A stretch of 64,000 bases of DNA from Mesotaenium endlicherianum. Taxonomy: Eukaryota. Location: assembly GCA_009602735.1 (NCBI GenBank), contig WELA01003469.1:227292-291291 (forward strand), written 5' to 3'. A program made the translations under genes and the position numbers. This document shows positions 61,574 through 64,000 of the stretch, piece by piece. How positions within the stretch are numbered: the stretch's first letter is position 1; the number at the start of each line of letters is the position of its first letter. The notes below the pieces were generated by a model. That model was not told where the DNA came from. It saw only the letters and a list, made by a program, of their open reading frames with translations, and ran no database searches.

Positions 61574-63401
61574 GTGAGTGCCCGCCCCTACGTGCGCTCC
61601 TCCTGTGAAATCTGGTTGCCCGCGTCCTCACTTGCGGTTTTGGCTCTAAGCCAAAGCATGGCAACATGCCTGCATCATCAAGCTGGGGATTTTGCCGGCC
61701 ACATCTTGAAAGCTTGCATGCCTGCCCGTGCCTGCTGTGTGAGAGCATTCATTGCTGAGATTCTATTGTGCCACTAAAGGCCCATGTGTCTCCTCAGGTC
61801 AGTAGGCTGAGGTGTGAACAAACGATGGATATTGGAAAATACAGCTCATTCACATTGCTTGAACAACCGATGGATTTATTATAATGGGTAGATTATTTGT
61901 ATTTTTTTTGCTGCATGCTTGTTGATATATTGTTGTACGCTTGGTTTGACTACTTGCAGAAAAAACGTGGAAAAGGAAAGTGGAGCGGGGAATTCAAGAA
62001 ATGTCATCAAGCCTAGGAAAAAGCTAAGAGTAGCAGTCTACTGCGGAAAGTTGACCGTAGCCTTGGTTCAATCAACCCCATCCGTGAGCCTTCCTTGTTT
62101 CAATTATACGAGTCTACGAGAGGTGCGGAGTGAAAGGTAGCCAGAATGCGGTACCTTCCCTAATTGAAGCGTGTTTATTCTTTATCCAATTTCTACTTGC
62201 ATGCAGCAGGACGGGAGCTAGTCAAAGTTATAGTTGAGCAATGTCAACTACGTCCCCTTCATTCTACTGAAATGTTTTCAATTGCAACATGTAAGCCCAC
62301 CTGATTGTATGCCAATTTTGTGTTGAACTTATTGTGTCACTATGATGGGGTAGGATGTAAATCAGCGCTACAAGGATCAGTTTATGAAATCGTTTAGAAG
62401 CTGATTACTTGCCCCCTCTATATAGATCTATCTGAACACAACTATCAATCATGTAAAAACAAGGCGCTATGAAGAGAGATAGAGATTCACTGTAGTGTAA
62501 CCTGTAATGCGGCACACGGCACAGCAGTTCAAGGACTAGGTTATATACTGGATCTTGTCTACACCTTGATACAAGCACCAACTGTTGGCACATGCGCCAT
62601 CAATTTTCTGACAATACAGGCAAGATCCACATAACAATACGAACCCTGACTTCTTTGGAGGCTTTTAGATTCAGGATTCATATCTCGCAGTTGCTCCTTG
62701 GAGCTGGCTCTCATTGAACATGAAGTGCTACCTGGAAATGCCTCATACTGCGAAAGCAGTGTCGACACGAATTCCGCTCTGACAAACTGGAGGTGAACTG
62801 GACGCACACTCTGTGCAGTGGACTGCTAAAAAACAAAAGCGAAGTGAGACAGCCTCGAAAGAAGCATCAAAGTACTAACTCATAAATGCTCTCTCAAGAG
62901 CGGGGTGGCTTTTGGAAAGTTACATAGAAAGTTCTGACTAGTCCTAGAAATCACATGATATACGAGAAACTTTTGTTGTCTACGCCTTGCATGTGGATTT
63001 GACCAACGGGTGGCCTGATTGGATCCCCTTGGACCCCCATGGCAGAGTACACGGTCAGCCCTGGCACACGCACGCACTTTGCAGATTTTAAGATCCACTC
63101 GAAGGACTGCATGGACAAGATGCATGCACCTGCATGAGAATAAGCCCCCTGCGCTTGAGATGCAATGGGCTGCTCTTCTGCAGGCTGCCCTTCTGCAGCT
63201 TCGACGAGCAACCAAGACGCCCAAGCAGCAAACAAAGGCCTCCTTGCATTCGTCCATGTTTTCTGAGCAACCACTACATAACGCCAGGAATGCGCAGAGG
63301 CACCCCACGAGCAGGCCACACAACTTCCTGGGGGCTCACTATGACCACGTGCAAGCCACAATGCATGCATTGCAACTCGTGAGAAATGAAGGAGCAGCTT
63401 A

Positions 63402-64000
63402 CCACATGCGGGTCAACCAGAAGCTCAGGAGTGCTGCTGCCGGCCCTCCTGCACCAGACCAGCACCGGGGCAGAAGAAATTGAAGCAGAGAGCTGAGGTG
63501 TTCGCCGCTTGTGGCCTGCCCTGGAGGTGTGATGCAGGCATGGGGACAAGAGGAGTGCACCAACAACACGAAGTGATCCACTGAAGGTAAAAGCGTACTC
63601 ATCCAAGACTGTGTGATTAGTGCTCACCTGCTCCTGGGTCTCTCGGGAATGAGGCAGGGCGATGCTGGGGCAAGACTGTGCGTGCTGTCTGTCGCGACCG
63701 CCAGCTGGGCCCTGCTGTCCAAGAACCACTGCCTGGCCATGGCAAGTGGCAGGAACCGGCACAACTGCCCTGCCCCGGCATACTGGGCAAAGCTCCCAAA
63801 CTTCCGACACTCAGCCTTATACTCCAACTCCCTGACATCTGTCATGGTGACAAGGCACCCGCAGTGCACGGTGACAGCGGTGCTGCTGGGCAGCCTGGCC
63901 GCGCCCGCCATGCCCCTCAGCAGCCCGCAGGACACGTGGAAGGTCTCCAGGACCTGCAGGCGGCCCACGTCGGCAAGCACTCTGTCGCCGGTCACCACCG
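63402..64000 (-). CDS. Partial hypothetical gene entering from the right edge
   Basis: GC-rich ORF (VVTGDRVLADVGRLQVLETFHVSCG...PERPRS) ends at cag|gtgagc (about 63627). A phase-compatible candidate small exon follows at about 63447-63402 (ends gtg|gtaagc). Product not recognised. Confidence 0.45.

Noticed and set aside
62880..63483. Overlapping 139-154 aa ORFs on both strands
   Set aside because: Could not be placed in a consistent gene model; may be the last exon or 3' UTR of the gene entering from the right.

Overview
Eukaryotic, intron-rich genomic DNA from a green plant lineage. Plant-type plastid proteins, GT-AG introns with (CT)n/(CA)n tracts and Ty3/Gypsy chromoviruses suggest a streptophyte alga or early-diverging land plant; this is inference. 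Bases 1-8.4 kb are a nest of four Ty3/Gypsy LTR retrotransposons. Element A (minus; gag, PBS, 716-bp LTR) sits in the integrase of chromovirus B. B and an internally deleted sister element C (3500-7481; both LTRs, PBS, PPT, TSD) interrupt an older element D. Rejoined, D encodes an aspartic protease followed by a truncated C5 DNA-cytosine methyltransferase-like domain. The rest is gene-dense: N-acetylglutamate synthase (minus, one exon probably in an N gap) head-to-head with a 26-exon NADH-dependent glutamate synthase (plus); an unusual tandem-WWE plus ADP-ribosyltransferase gene without an RST domain; a plastid rhomboid-like pseudoprotease (minus) divergent from an At5g03900-like plastid membrane protein (plus); and two poorly resolved gene fragments at the right end. 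All family calls come from motif recognition by eye, not from database searches.
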